From an uncultured delta proteobacterium (GTDB lineage: Bacteria > Desulfobacterota > Binatia > Binatales > Binataceae), in the NCBI GenBank assembly GCA_963842085.1, contig CAWJET010000001.1, positions 3,180,342 through 3,244,341 on the forward strand: DNA of 64,000 nt, given 5' to 3'. The notes beneath the pieces are model-generated. The model worked only from the letters and a program-made list of their open reading frames with translations. It made no database searches and had not been told where the DNA came from. Every line of letters starts with the position of its first letter. Within the stretch, counting starts at the first letter, position 1. A program made the position numbers and the translations under genes. Below are positions 51,316 to 60,786 of the stretch, one piece after another.

Positions 51316-51558
51316 ATGGCAACTGACAACGAGACCTACCTGGAGTTATTGGACGTTTCCACAAAGACGCAAGTAGGCAAAGCGCCCCTTGCCTCGATTA
51401 GATTTATGCCGCGAGTAGGTGAGCGCATTTTCCTTCCGCTCGACGAACCGGGACATTGGGATTCCTACACCGTGGTGTCGGTTGAGTACTTTCTCGGTGG
51501 CCGGTCTCCGTCAGGGCGTATGGACCGGGTGACTCTCTACGTCGAGGAGTCAAAATAG
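51316..51558 (+). CDS. Small hypothetical protein
   Basis: GGAGG RBS; paralog at 40845..41114. Confidence 0.75.
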   Translation: MATDNETYLELLDVSTKTQVGKAPLASIRFMPRVGERIFLPLDEPGHWDSYTVVSVEYFLGGRSPSGRMDRVTLYVEESK

Positions 51559-51809
51559 AATTGCGGGTCTGTGGTCGAAAAGATCCTTGACCGTCGGGGA
51601 GACGCATAGTCTGTATCTGTGTCCCTCATCTGCGACTGCGGGGCGGTTAGATTTGAAACCCAAGATCGGCGTCGAAATAAACGGTCGGCCGTAAGTCTAT
51701 CGAATCTACGATTAGCCGCAAAAGGGGTACTTGGAGTGTCGGGTGCGGGTTCGTTGGCGCTGTTGGCGGGCGGAGTGGCGATATATCTCTCTTCGATCAT
51801 CTCCTTGAG

Positions 51810-52113
51810 CATAATGATCATTACGCAGGTCAGCTCGATGTCGTGGTTTGCACTTTTGGTACTCCCGGTCTTCGTCATTCTGACTCTCCTGAGCAGGACG
51901 ACACCGCTAGAGATTATGCCCGTGACGTTGCAGCGAATAATGCAATTCTCACCCTCGACTCGCTTTGCTAGCTTCGCCCAGGACGTGCTCTATCGTGGAG
52001 CGGGATTCGACGTTGTATCGTGGGACTGCGCCATAATCACAGCCCTCCGACTCCTCTTCTTGGGGGTAGCTTTGATGCGTTTCCGGCGGATGCTCTTTCA
52101 GATCCAGGCTTGA
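51810..52113 (+). pseudogene. ABC-2 permease (YhhJ-like) C-terminal fragment
   Basis: FALLVLPV...LLS..TPLE.MP..LQ.IMQFSPST.F..FAQ.VLYRGAG. Confidence 0.7.
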
Positions 52114-52589
52114 TGGTTATGGCCGCTCCTTCCGCCCAGGACGTCGCAATTGGCCTGCCGCTGGTCATTTCTCTGGTCACGATCTTGGTCACGATAGTGA
52201 TCCACGCGCTCGCGCTGCTGGGCATCTTCCATTTCGTTCGCCGCGAGCACCTGCTCCGGCGCAGCGGCGTCCGATTCTGGAGAGACCTAGCAATTGTATC
52301 CGGTGCAACCCTGCTGGCGGGTGTGGCCCACCTCGTGGAGGTATTCATCTGGGCAGTGGTGTTCGTTTTGTGCGGTGAGTTCCGCCGACTCGCTCCCGCC
52401 TTTTACTGTTCCGCTAACCTCTACACAACCCTAGGCTACGGTGACGCAGTCATGTCGTCGTCATGGAAAATGTTGGGGCCGTTCGAGACAGCCGATGCGA
52501 TGCTAATGTTCGGCCTGTCTACTGCTATCGCGATTTCGGTAATACAGTTGATAGTTCGGACGCGGTTCCATGATCTTCCCAATTTATAG
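52113..52589 (+). CDS. Potassium-channel-family (Ion_trans_2) membrane protein
   Basis: AFYCS..YTTLGYGD filter-like motif between TM helices. Confidence 0.82.
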   Translation: MVMAAPSAQDVAIGLPLVISLVTILVTIVIHALALLGIFHFVRREHLLRRSGVRFWRDLAIVSGATLLAGVAHLVEVFIWAVVFVLCGEFRRLAPAFYCSANLYTTLGYGDAVMSSSWKMLGPFETADAMLMFGLSTAIAISVIQLIVRTRFHDLPNL

Positions 52590-52859
52590 GAGCGATGTAC
52601 CTCCATCACTCTTGCGCTAGTCCTCCGCGGACGGTGACTTCAGCGAATTGGTCCGCCAATTCACAAGTGCTTTCAAATCTTCCGCTTCGCCATTGGGCGC
52701 AACCGCCTTATCTCGAAGAATACTTTGGTTTATCCCGCACGGCGGCTCGGCGAGGAACGACTGATGTTAATTCAGATGTTCCTCAGTCAGAAAGTGCTGT
52801 AGAATCACGGCAGATTGGTGCACCCTCCGATGAGTCTTCGGAAAAGCCGAGGTTGCGAA

Positions 52860-53035
52860 GGCGCTTGGAGAAACGCGCGTACTCGGCGCAACCACGACTG
52901 GGCCAGGGCACTTTCCGCATTCTCGTCACGGACGTCTACCACCGACACTGCGCCATGACCGGAGAGAAAGTGCTGCCCGTCCTCGAGGCCGCACATATCC
53001 GGCCGTATGCCGAAGGCGGCGAACACCGCATCTAA
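52860..53035 (+). pseudogene. HNH endonuclease fragment
   Basis: RLGQGTFRILVTDVY.RHCAMTGEK.LPVLEAAHIRPY, stops before the N...H residues. Confidence 0.75.
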
Positions 53036-53283
53036 AGTAAGATGGCGATCGCGGATTGTTTAAACTACAGCTCGCCCTGATTTGCTCTCGCGACGAAGCC
53101 TTCGAGCGTCAAGATGTCAACCGTATCAGCGTCTACAAGATACGACTTCAAACCCCCTCCGACAAAAAAATTTCGCAGCTTCCAGCCCTCTCCCCCGAGC
53201 GTTCCGCCAACCGCAAGCATCGGGACCGAATTACTCGCCCGCGGAGAGAAAATCGAAGTGAGGCGGCACAGCTCACCATTCGA

Positions 53284-53399
53284 GCGCTCTCCGGTCCCGA
53301 TGGCGCGTGCGCATCGCCACTGCACGCGCGCAGTTTGCGCACTTCCCCAGAGAATCCCTCAAACCTGAGACTCGCTGGCGGAGGGAAGTGAATTCGAAC
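53284..53399 (-). repeat. tRNA-3'-end/att-like module, second inverted copy
   Basis: Reverse complement GTTCGAATTCACTTCCCTCCGCCA, with ACCGGAGAGCGC 104 nt downstream. Confidence 0.65.
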
Positions 53400-53564
53400 T
53401 GACGGTACCGATTCGGAACTTTCAGACGACGGCCCTAAGTGATGGTTTTCGGAAACTGCTCGACGAGCGGCCGGTACGCACTTTCCTCAACATGAGATAG
53501 ATTCAATGTAGCCGCGCTCCGATCGTCCTAGCCCCAGCCGACATCCATGCTCGTGATTGAGCCG

Positions 53565-56279
53565 TCACACGACAAACGCGCACTGCTCCTGGGGTGTCCG
53601 AGTATCCATGTTCCGCCCCCGATTTAGGTGGTCATCGATCTCTGCGGCAGCGCCGATCATGCGGCCATAAAGGAACACATTGAAGGCAGCTGTCTCCAGG
53701 TCCTTTTCGGTCAGCGCCCCCGACCGATAGTCCTTCCAGAGGACCGCGAGAAGCAGAGCAGCAATGATTGCATCGACATTGACGCAGAAGACATACCGCG
53801 AAGCGCCGGCGTCATAGAGCGCCTGCACGAGTTCACGGTAGAATGCGTGGAAGACATTGTAGTCCCCACGGTTTTCCATGAACTCCGCAATGAACCGCTC
53901 GCGCGGATCGTAGTTTACCGGCTTGCCCTTGAAGATCGGGTGATGAACACCCGGCAACGCGCGTGGCCCCTCGAAGCCGGCTTCCTTCGATTGAGACTTC
54001 TCGTCCCTGTACACATCGGCAAACCTCATGGCCATCGCCTTCAGATCAAGGCCGTGCTCGCGATCGCTTGGGTTCTCGAGGTCGACGCCCTTGAACTGCT
54101 CCAGGAGAAAGGCCATGGCCTCAAATCCATTGCCGCCGTGGCTGTAGCCGCTGTGCGTCAGGAAGCCGACCATCGCCTTGTTGATCTGCACCCGACCCGG
54201 CGTCTGCGGGCCGTCGGCCGCAACCGCTCCCTTGGCGCCCTGCGCCGTGATCGAGCCCGGACCGTTCGAGATCAGCAGCCCGATCAGGATTTGCAGCGGC
54301 CGCGCCTCTATCTCGGTCGGCTTCTTGCCGGTTAAAGCCAGAAACAGGAATTCTGCCATAGTCCACCGGCCGAAGCGTTCGTCGCGGAGGATGCCCCGAA
54401 GACTGCCATGTTGGTGATACTTGCCGGGGATCGAGGCGCCGATCATCACTCCGTATAGGCGCAGATACCACGGCAGCGTCTCCGCAGTGAGCCGCGAAAT
54501 CCGCTTGCGCATCAACGGCCCCCACGCGATCGTCATTGCAATGGCAGCCAGGATCGCGTCGCGCGAAAGCCGTCCGTCCAGCGACTCCAGAAACTTGAGA
54601 AACAGCGATTTGCCGCCGCGATCACGGACTGCCTTAAGCATTGCCTCGGGACGCGGGTCGTTCGCCTCGGCGGCTGTGGCCAGGAACAGCGTGCGAGCCT
54701 TCTCGTCAACTTCGATCACGCTGAAGTCCATGCCCTCGTCATGAGAATCGAGCCGCCCGGAATGCGCGAACAGGTCGATGAGCCGCTTGGAGCAGAGCAG
54801 CGCGCGTTCGACGCGCTTCGGACCGATGAGCGCTGCTGCAGCCGCCATTACCGTGTTGGGCGAGTTTCCCGCCTCGCGCGCCGCGTCCGCTGCGGCCAGC
54901 GCCGCGTCGCCGACGAGGTTGATCTCCGCCGCGACGGCAATATCGAGCAGGGCCCAATCGTTCTCCGAGGCGATCTCGTGCACCAGCGGCAGCGCGAAAT
55001 TGGCTTCGAGCGGCAGCAGCGCAAGATCGAGCAGGGAATGGCCGTGCACGCTCGTCACCTGCGTTCGCGGATCCATGACCGTGGCGCCGGACTTGTCCTT
55101 CATGGTCTGGCGCGGAACGACTGCACCGATCTGGTCGCCGAGTGAGCTGATCTGGCTGTTGTACGGCGGCAGGGCTTCGACCGTTTCCAGCGCGAGCGCC
55201 TGCGGCAATTTCAGGCCCTGGTCATTGGCGATCCACGGCTTGAGTAGAAGGCTGCCGCGCCGCGGTAAATCCGGCCTTGCCCCGTTGAGTTTCATTACGG
55301 CGCTCAGCGCAAGCGGGATATGCGCGATATTGGTCACGACCGCGCCTCTCGCGGAGACAACCGGCTTCTCGGGCGTGAATAGTCCATCCACGCCGAACGC
55401 TTCCATGAACCATCGCTCTTTGTCCTCGGCCTTGTCGCCGGAGCCCGCCATGGCGCCGGCATGTCCCACGGCTCGCGTCAGTTTGGATTTCCACCGGCCG
55501 ACGACGCATGCCACGACCGGCTTATGGAAGTCGACGCCCTGCTCGTAGTAGCCGCCGGGCTCCGCATAGAGCACGGCCGCCTTGCTGCGCGGATCGTTCT
55601 TGAGCGCGTGGGCAAAGTCGCGAGCGGCATAATGGATGTAGACGTCCTTGCCGGACGAGATGAGCGTCGTGGTACCCCAGCCCTCGGTTGTGAGATACTG
55701 GGCAATGGTGGTGGTGAATCCGCCGGAGTTGGAGAATATCGCGACCGAGCCTTTGAGCAGGACCTCCTCGGGATTGTCGCCGCCGAGCGCGCCGCCGATC
55801 CGCACGCGGTTCCAGGAATCGGCCACGCCAAGGCAGTTGGCGCCAAAGATGTCGATGCCGTTGGCCTGGCCGAGCGCCCGGATCTCGCGGGCATCGTGCA
55901 CCGAGACCTTCTCGGTTATCATGACGATCTTCTCAAGATCCGGATTCACCCGGATCAGCTCGGCAACGCCGTCGCGGACCCCCGATGGCGGCAGGTAGAC
56001 CACGCCGGTGTTGAACGAAAGCCCCTCGTCGAGCCCTTCGCGGACATTGTTGTAGACGGGAATGTCGCCGACCGGTGTCGGCAGCACCTGCCCGCGCCGA
56101 CCCGGCGATGTACCGAACGCGACGTTACCGCTAGAAAATGCGTGGCTGACCGGCGTCACCTGGCGAGACTCAGCGCCCAGGATATTGAGAACGCAAACGC
56201 GATCGTCGCGCGTAGCCACCTTGTCGAGCGCGTCGATGCCCAGATAGTACGGGAAGCCCTCGATGCCTCTCTTGAACAT
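53565..56279 (-). CDS. aclA: ATP-citrate lyase large subunit (CoA-binding + ligase + citrate-synthase-like domains)
   Basis: GANCLG, SNSGG, AEPGG, GHAGA (phospho-His), HGGNG, PGVHHP, VNVDA.IA. Confidence 0.8.
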   Translation of the reverse strand: MFKRGIEGFPYYLGIDALDKVATRDDRVCVLNILGAESRQVTPVSHAFSSGNVAFGTSPGRRGQVLPTPVGDIPVYNNVREGLDEGLSFNTGVVYLPPSGVRDGVAELIRVNPDLEKIVMITEKVSVHDAREIRALGQANGIDIFGANCLGVADSWNRVRIGGALGGDNPEEVLLKGSVAIFSNSGGFTTTIAQYLTTEGWGTTTLISSGKDVYIHYAARDFAHALKNDPRSKAAVLYAEPGGYYEQGVDFHKPVVACVVGRWKSKLTRAVGHAGAMAGSGDKAEDKERWFMEAFGVDGLFTPEKPVVSARGAVVTNIAHIPLALSAVMKLNGARPDLPRRGSLLLKPWIANDQGLKLPQALALETVEALPPYNSQISSLGDQIGAVVPRQTMKDKSGATVMDPRTQVTSVHGHSLLDLALLPLEANFALPLVHEIASENDWALLDIAVAAEINLVGDAALAAADAAREAGNSPNTVMAAAAALIGPKRVERALLCSKRLIDLFAHSGRLDSHDEGMDFSVIEVDEKARTLFLATAAEANDPRPEAMLKAVRDRGGKSLFLKFLESLDGRLSRDAILAAIAMTIAWGPLMRKRISRLTAETLPWYLRLYGVMIGASIPGKYHQHGSLRGILRDERFGRWTMAEFLFLALTGKKPTEIEARPLQILIGLLISNGPGSITAQGAKGAVAADGPQTPGRVQINKAMVGFLTHSGYSHGGNGFEAMAFLLEQFKGVDLENPSDREHGLDLKAMAMRFADVYRDEKSQSKEAGFEGPRALPGVHHPIFKGKPVNYDPRERFIAEFMENRGDYNVFHAFYRELVQALYDAGASRYVFCVNVDAIIAALLLAVLWKDYRSGALTEKDLETAAFNVFLYGRMIGAAAEIDDHLNRGRNMDTRTPQEQCAFVV

Positions 56280-56305
56280 GCGCCGGTCCTATCGCCTGCT
56301 GTCCA

Positions 56306-57586
56306 TCAGGCCGCATTCTTCAAGCCGAGGTGCGCCGCGATCTGCGCCCGGCCCCCAGCCTTCATCCACTCGTCGATCTTCTTGGCGTAGTTGACGACCT
56401 CCGAGATCGCGCTGTCGAAACCGAAGAAGCGATAGGGAAGGTTGAGGGAGTCGCAGGTCTCGGCGAGCGCGCCCATCCCGCGCACGAGGTTAGGTCCTCC
56501 GCGGCCGACCACGACGTAGAACGGGGTTGCGCCATGGCTGCTGAAATGCTCGCGCAGCGCGTCACCCATCGCGCGGAAGGTCTCGTAGATGTCGGTATTG
56601 TTCGACTTTCCGCCGATGATGAATAGCACATTGGCCTGTTTGAGCCAGTGTTTGTAGCAGATGCGCGCAACCTCCTTCATCTTCTCGTACGGGGGATTGC
56701 CGCCGAAGTCCGACGAGATGATCGCCGCCTCGCCCAGAACTTCCGTCACCAATGAATTCGCGCCGCCGCCGAAGGTCGGCGCAAGGATCGTTCCTTTATC
56801 GTTGATGACGAAGACGTCCGACTGGCCTTGGTGGGTACGCAACTGGTTCACCTCATGCTCGAAGTCCGACGTGTCCGCCGTGAACAGGTGATCCGGAAGC
56901 CCCAGGCGTTGCCAGCGCGGATCGTCGCGATCGAAGCCGCACTTGAAATCGCAGGCGACCGGAATTAGCCGTCCCTCGCCGCCGGGGCGCATCCGGATCG
57001 GATTCAATTCCAGCGTGGTCATGCCGTAGTGATGCATCAGCTCCCACAGTTTCGGCAGGTGCTGAACCAGCGGCGAGATAATCTCCTTCGGTGCGCCGAT
57101 ATCGGTCAGCGCGTTGGCAACGACGAAGGCCTTCAGGCCGGTCAAGGCCTCGAAGGGCACTTGCGCGACCTCCTTCTTGTCGAGCTCCTCGATGTCGACG
57201 CCGCCCCGGTGCGTCAGCGTCATCGTCGGTGCGCGGAACTCCGTCGCGTCGGTGATAGCAAAATAGACCTCATGCTCTGCCGGCACTCCGCCTTCGAAGG
57301 TAACGCCGTTGGACTTTGCAACTATATTCCCGTGCCGGTGCTCGGCGAAATACAGCCGCTCCTTCTCCTTGAGCGCCGTCTTGAGATCGGCCGCCTTGCC
57401 GATTAGGCCGGCTTTGCCCTTCTTGCCGATGCCGCCCCGGAACAACGGCTTGATGAAAATGAGCTTGTGTCGATCGATCAGGCCTTGGATCTCGTCTTCC
57501 GTCGCGCCCGGACCCAAGATCTCGGCCGCCGGAAACTCGACGTGCTCGAGCAGGCGGGCCCCATACAGCATCCCTGTGATCTGCAT
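56306..57586 (-). CDS. aclB: ATP-citrate lyase small subunit (ATP-grasp + citrate-binding)
   Basis: GKKGKAGL, GGVDIE, LELNP, FGGGANS, DFGGNP, IIGGKSNNTDI, VGRGGPN. Confidence 0.82.
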   Translation of the reverse strand: MQITGMLYGARLLEHVEFPAAEILGPGATEDEIQGLIDRHKLIFIKPLFRGGIGKKGKAGLIGKAADLKTALKEKERLYFAEHRHGNIVAKSNGVTFEGGVPAEHEVYFAITDATEFRAPTMTLTHRGGVDIEELDKKEVAQVPFEALTGLKAFVVANALTDIGAPKEIISPLVQHLPKLWELMHHYGMTTLELNPIRMRPGGEGRLIPVACDFKCGFDRDDPRWQRLGLPDHLFTADTSDFEHEVNQLRTHQGQSDVFVINDKGTILAPTFGGGANSLVTEVLGEAAIISSDFGGNPPYEKMKEVARICYKHWLKQANVLFIIGGKSNNTDIYETFRAMGDALREHFSSHGATPFYVVVGRGGPNLVRGMGALAETCDSLNLPYRFFGFDSAISEVVNYAKKIDEWMKAGGRAQIAAHLGLKNAA

Positions 57587-57739
57587 CCTAGCCTCCGAGC
57601 TGGGATTTCAGCTTTGACTCTCCGATTCCAACTCCCGTATAGGCGGGACGACCTCTCTCTGCAAGGTTTTAGCCGGTATTGGTCCACGGCGTTTCCAGCG
57701 GCGCCGGGAGGGGCCGGTTTCGCATCTGTTGGGCACACA

Positions 57740-57870
57740 ACGCCGGGAAATCCCCCGGGAGCCTGCTCAAGCACGGCGTGATCGGCACGTATCACATCGT
57801 GAGCCGCAAGTACTTGCCGCTGTACCTTAACGAGTTTTCCTTCCGCTTCAACTATCGCAAGAATGCGCGA
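57740..57870 (+). pseudogene. IS1595-family transposase C-terminal fragment
   Basis: SLLKHGVIGTYHIVSRKYLPLYLNEFSFRFNYR. Confidence 0.8.
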
Positions 57871-57946
57871 CATCTTCGGGAGCGCCATAGCAGGATGCTG
57901 AAGCACCCGAACCGGCGGTTGCTTCAGCATACGCATCGAGACGGCC

Positions 57947-58034
57947 TGTCTGTGGCGAATTACTGTTTTTCCCAGAATCAGCAATTCGCCACACACACCC
58001 CGGCTGCCGCCTGAATTGGGATTCGCCACAGACA
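57947..58034. repeat. Palindromic REP/MITE-like element, copy 1
   Basis: TGTCTGTGGCGAAT...ATTCGCCACAGACA 14-bp perfect IR; the first 51 bp nearly match 62106-62156. Confidence 0.8.
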
Positions 58035-58153
58035 AGTTCGCATTGCCGCTCGCACAGTTCGATCTGGCGGATGTGGCGGCGCGCGCCGTCAAGTCGAAAT
58101 GAGGGCGACCGCGAGTGCAACCGCCCTCGTCACCATCAAGCGTGAGCGCGAAA

Positions 58154-58558
58154 TTACGGAGTGGCAGGAGCCGGGCCAGCACCGCCAGAATCGCCACCTG
58201 CCGCCGGCGCCGCTTCAGGAGCGGCTGCCGCTGCATGGTGATGATGGCGACGACGCATCGGATGCTGCTCGGCCATCGCCCTACTCGCGATCGCCTCTGC
58301 ACGATCCGCGGCCGCCTTGGCATCGCTGGCCGCCTGCGCTACGCGACTCGCTGCCGCCTGAGCCTGCGCCGCCGATGCTGCCGATTTCTGGGCAGCCGCA
58401 TCAGCGCGGGCCGCAGCCTGATCGGCCTGGTTCGCCGCGTTGGTGGCGCGCTGTTCTGGAGTCGGCTCATTCGACGAACATCCTGCAAGCAGCGAGAGGG
58501 CTAATATAGCCCCGGCAAGACCGACAACCATTGAAGATTTTCTCATTAGCCGTTCCAT
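58154..58558 (-). CDS. Alanine-zipper lipoprotein
   Basis: AGGAGG RBS; LAGC lipobox; Ala-rich coiled coil; His/Arg patch. Confidence 0.8.
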   Translation of the reverse strand: MERLMRKSSMVVGLAGAILALSLLAGCSSNEPTPEQRATNAANQADQAAARADAAAQKSAASAAQAQAAASRVAQAASDAKAAADRAEAIASRAMAEQHPMRRRHHHHAAAAAPEAAPAAGGDSGGAGPAPATP

Positions 58559-58962
58559 GTCTTCCCTCCTAAAGAGCGCGGCAGGAGGATTATCAAGTGG
58601 TTCGCGGACTCCTCCGTTAATCTTTCTCACGAACTCCCAGCCCTATGCAAGCCAAGACGTTGGTCGTGTGAATTGCCCGCTAGAATGCCATTTGAAAGTT
58701 GCCAGTGAACTAGCAAGCAGCAGAGCCCGGTATTTATTGCGTCGAACGCCATCCAAGAAACTGGACGCCATCATGGGGAATTGTGCCAAAGCTAACAAAG
58801 GAAGCTGTTGATCATCGTCGTCGCTTCATTTCCCGCGGCGCTAGCTCGGGCCATTTCCACGTCCAGCTCAGACGGAAACGTAAGAATCCTTCCTCGTACA
58901 ACATGACTCTAACAGCCACCATCAGGAGCGCGGCAGCGTCGCGCGAGTTCATGCTCATCCGC

Positions 58963-59259
58963 CTACCTTTCCTGTCCTATGTCATTCGAGCGCACGCATC
59001 GCGTGTTCTTATTTTTCCCTTCGATTATGGTTTCGATCATCGAAGGGGGAACCTTGTTAGACGCTTCAGAGAAGGTATCTGACCAGGCTTTTAGGTAGCT
59101 ATCTCGATAGCGATTGCACTGTCGCATGTCGGCGAACTCTTGCTTGGAGACTTTCCAACGATTGATAGGGAGATCGGAACGAACTTTGCCGTCAATCACA
59201 GGCGGAGAAATCATATACCAGCCCGCAAGCACGAGCGCGGCGGTGTGGCAGAGGTTCAT
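58963..59259 (-). CDS. Small exported hypothetical protein
   Basis: AALVLAGWYMISPP...W...F....C...RC pattern. Confidence 0.65.
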   Translation of the reverse strand: MNLCHTAALVLAGWYMISPPVIDGKVRSDLPINRWKVSKQEFADMRQCNRYRDSYLKAWSDTFSEASNKVPPSMIETIIEGKNKNTRCVRSNDIGQER

Positions 59260-59744
59260 TTCGAGAACGATTTACCAGACAGCCGCGCGACGGGCAAATG
59301 GCGGCAGGTATTTCCGCGAAGCGGACCGCGAGTTTGTGCCTGCTTGCTGGAACTAGGGAGATTAGAAACCTCGGTGTCGCGAGCATTCGAGGTTCTGCGC
59401 CGCGTGAATCGGCCTCTCTCGCAATGCTACGAAGGCCGGGTCGGGGCGAATCGCAACTCGAATCAGTTTGACAGCGCGCTTGATCCAGTCATCGGGTGCG
59501 CATGTGCTAGCAGTACTTCCGGAATCACGCGCACTGAACCGGCGCCCCCAACCATCCCATCGACGACTGCTCGGTGAAAGATGGTCTTCGGGGTAGTATC
59601 GTTTCCCGCTCGACTGGAGCCCCGTGCGTGCGAAATCGCGGAGCGAAAGGAACTCGAGTTTCTGGTACGGCTTGCATAACGCCAGCATAAGAGCCTCGGC
59701 GCGGTCGGGTTGTGCAAGCACCCGTGAAAGCCACTGAGGGGAAG

Positions 59745-59885
59745 CGCGTGACGTGCATCGCCCCGCGTGAAAGCTTGCCAGCGACGCACAACGGTATCGA
59801 CGTACAGCGGATCGATCTCGAGCCCGTAGCAACGCCGCCCAGTGCGTTCCGCCGCGATCACGGTGGTGCCGCTGCCGAGAAACGT
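59745..59885 (-). pseudogene. DNA methyltransferase (N4/N6) C-terminal fragment
   Basis: FLGSGTTVIAAERTGRRCYGLEIDPLYVDTVVRRWQAFT. Confidence 0.82.
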
Positions 59886-59923
59886 ATAATTGTCAATGAT
59901 ATATCGTTGATTGGTGGACGAAC

Positions 59924-60658
59924 ATGGCACGACTTGATTCCGACGGTGGATTCATCAAACGGCTGGAAGAAATCGTCGGCGAGTTTCCGAGCAGAGCGGC
60001 CTTGGCCAAAAAGGCCGATCTGCCGCCAAGTTCGTTGCAGAGCTATATTGAAGGCGCCGTTCCGACCCGGCCGGCGCTCGTGGCATTGGCGAGAGCCGCC
60101 GAAGTCTCTCTCGAATGGCTCGCCGACAATCGCGGCTACAAGAAGCCTCATCCGCCGGTGCCAGATGGCTACGCCGAGATCCCCGTCTACGACGTTCGTA
60201 AATCGGGCGGTTACGTTTATCCGCTGGTGATGGAAGAGATCGCGTCCTGGATCTACTTGAAGCTGGACTTGTTCAAGTACCCGCGAATGCAACCGGCCAA
60301 ATTATTTGTGGTTGAAGCGCTTGGGTCGCGGGCGCCAGAAATCGCGGATGGAGATTTGTTGGTGGTCGATTCGTCTTGGCGCACGAGATTCGTCGATACA
60401 AGCACAACTATACCGCCGGGTAATTACCTGGTTTCGCGGCAGGCGAGATTGTCAATTCGTCAGGCGACAGGCGTTCACGATGATGTTGTCGAGTTCCTCA
60501 TGCCCGATGCCCCAGGTCGAAAGGAAGCTTTCCGCCTCGGCGAGGACGGGTTTGTTGTTCACGGCAGGATAATCTGGTACGGGCGGGCGCTGCCAACTGC
60601 TGGTACCGTCAAACCCGACGACGCGTTTCGCATCACGAACAGGAGAAAAACCCGTTGA
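59924..60658 (+). CDS. Phage CI-like repressor (HTH + S24-like domain)
   Basis: N-terminal HTH (ALAKKADLPPSSLQSY...VSLEWL); IPVYDV; PEIADGDLLVVD; VHGRIIW. Confidence 0.8.
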   Translation: MARLDSDGGFIKRLEEIVGEFPSRAALAKKADLPPSSLQSYIEGAVPTRPALVALARAAEVSLEWLADNRGYKKPHPPVPDGYAEIPVYDVRKSGGYVYPLVMEEIASWIYLKLDLFKYPRMQPAKLFVVEALGSRAPEIADGDLLVVDSSWRTRFVDTSTTIPPGNYLVSRQARLSIRQATGVHDDVVEFLMPDAPGRKEAFRLGEDGFVVHGRIIWYGRALPTAGTVKPDDAFRITNRRKTR

Positions 60659-60786
60659 CCGAATTTCTCTGCGGTGCCTGGATTTAGGGACCCTGATGGG
60701 ATGGACCGCTCCCTGCTGGATAACGGCCTCAGTGGGCCAAGGTGGTACGCTCGACCACCAACAATCGAAGTGGGGAGGGTCCGAAA

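Noticed and set aside
52595-53035. Functional HNH defence nuclease
   Set aside because: The N-terminus is not protein-like and the ORF stops before the HNH motif is complete.
57947-58034. Possible mini-CRISPR array
   Set aside because: The repeats are inverted arms of a palindrome, with no regular spacers and no cas genes.
59745-60658. Prophage
   Set aside because: Only a repressor-like gene and a methylase fragment are present, with no structural, terminase or lysis genes.
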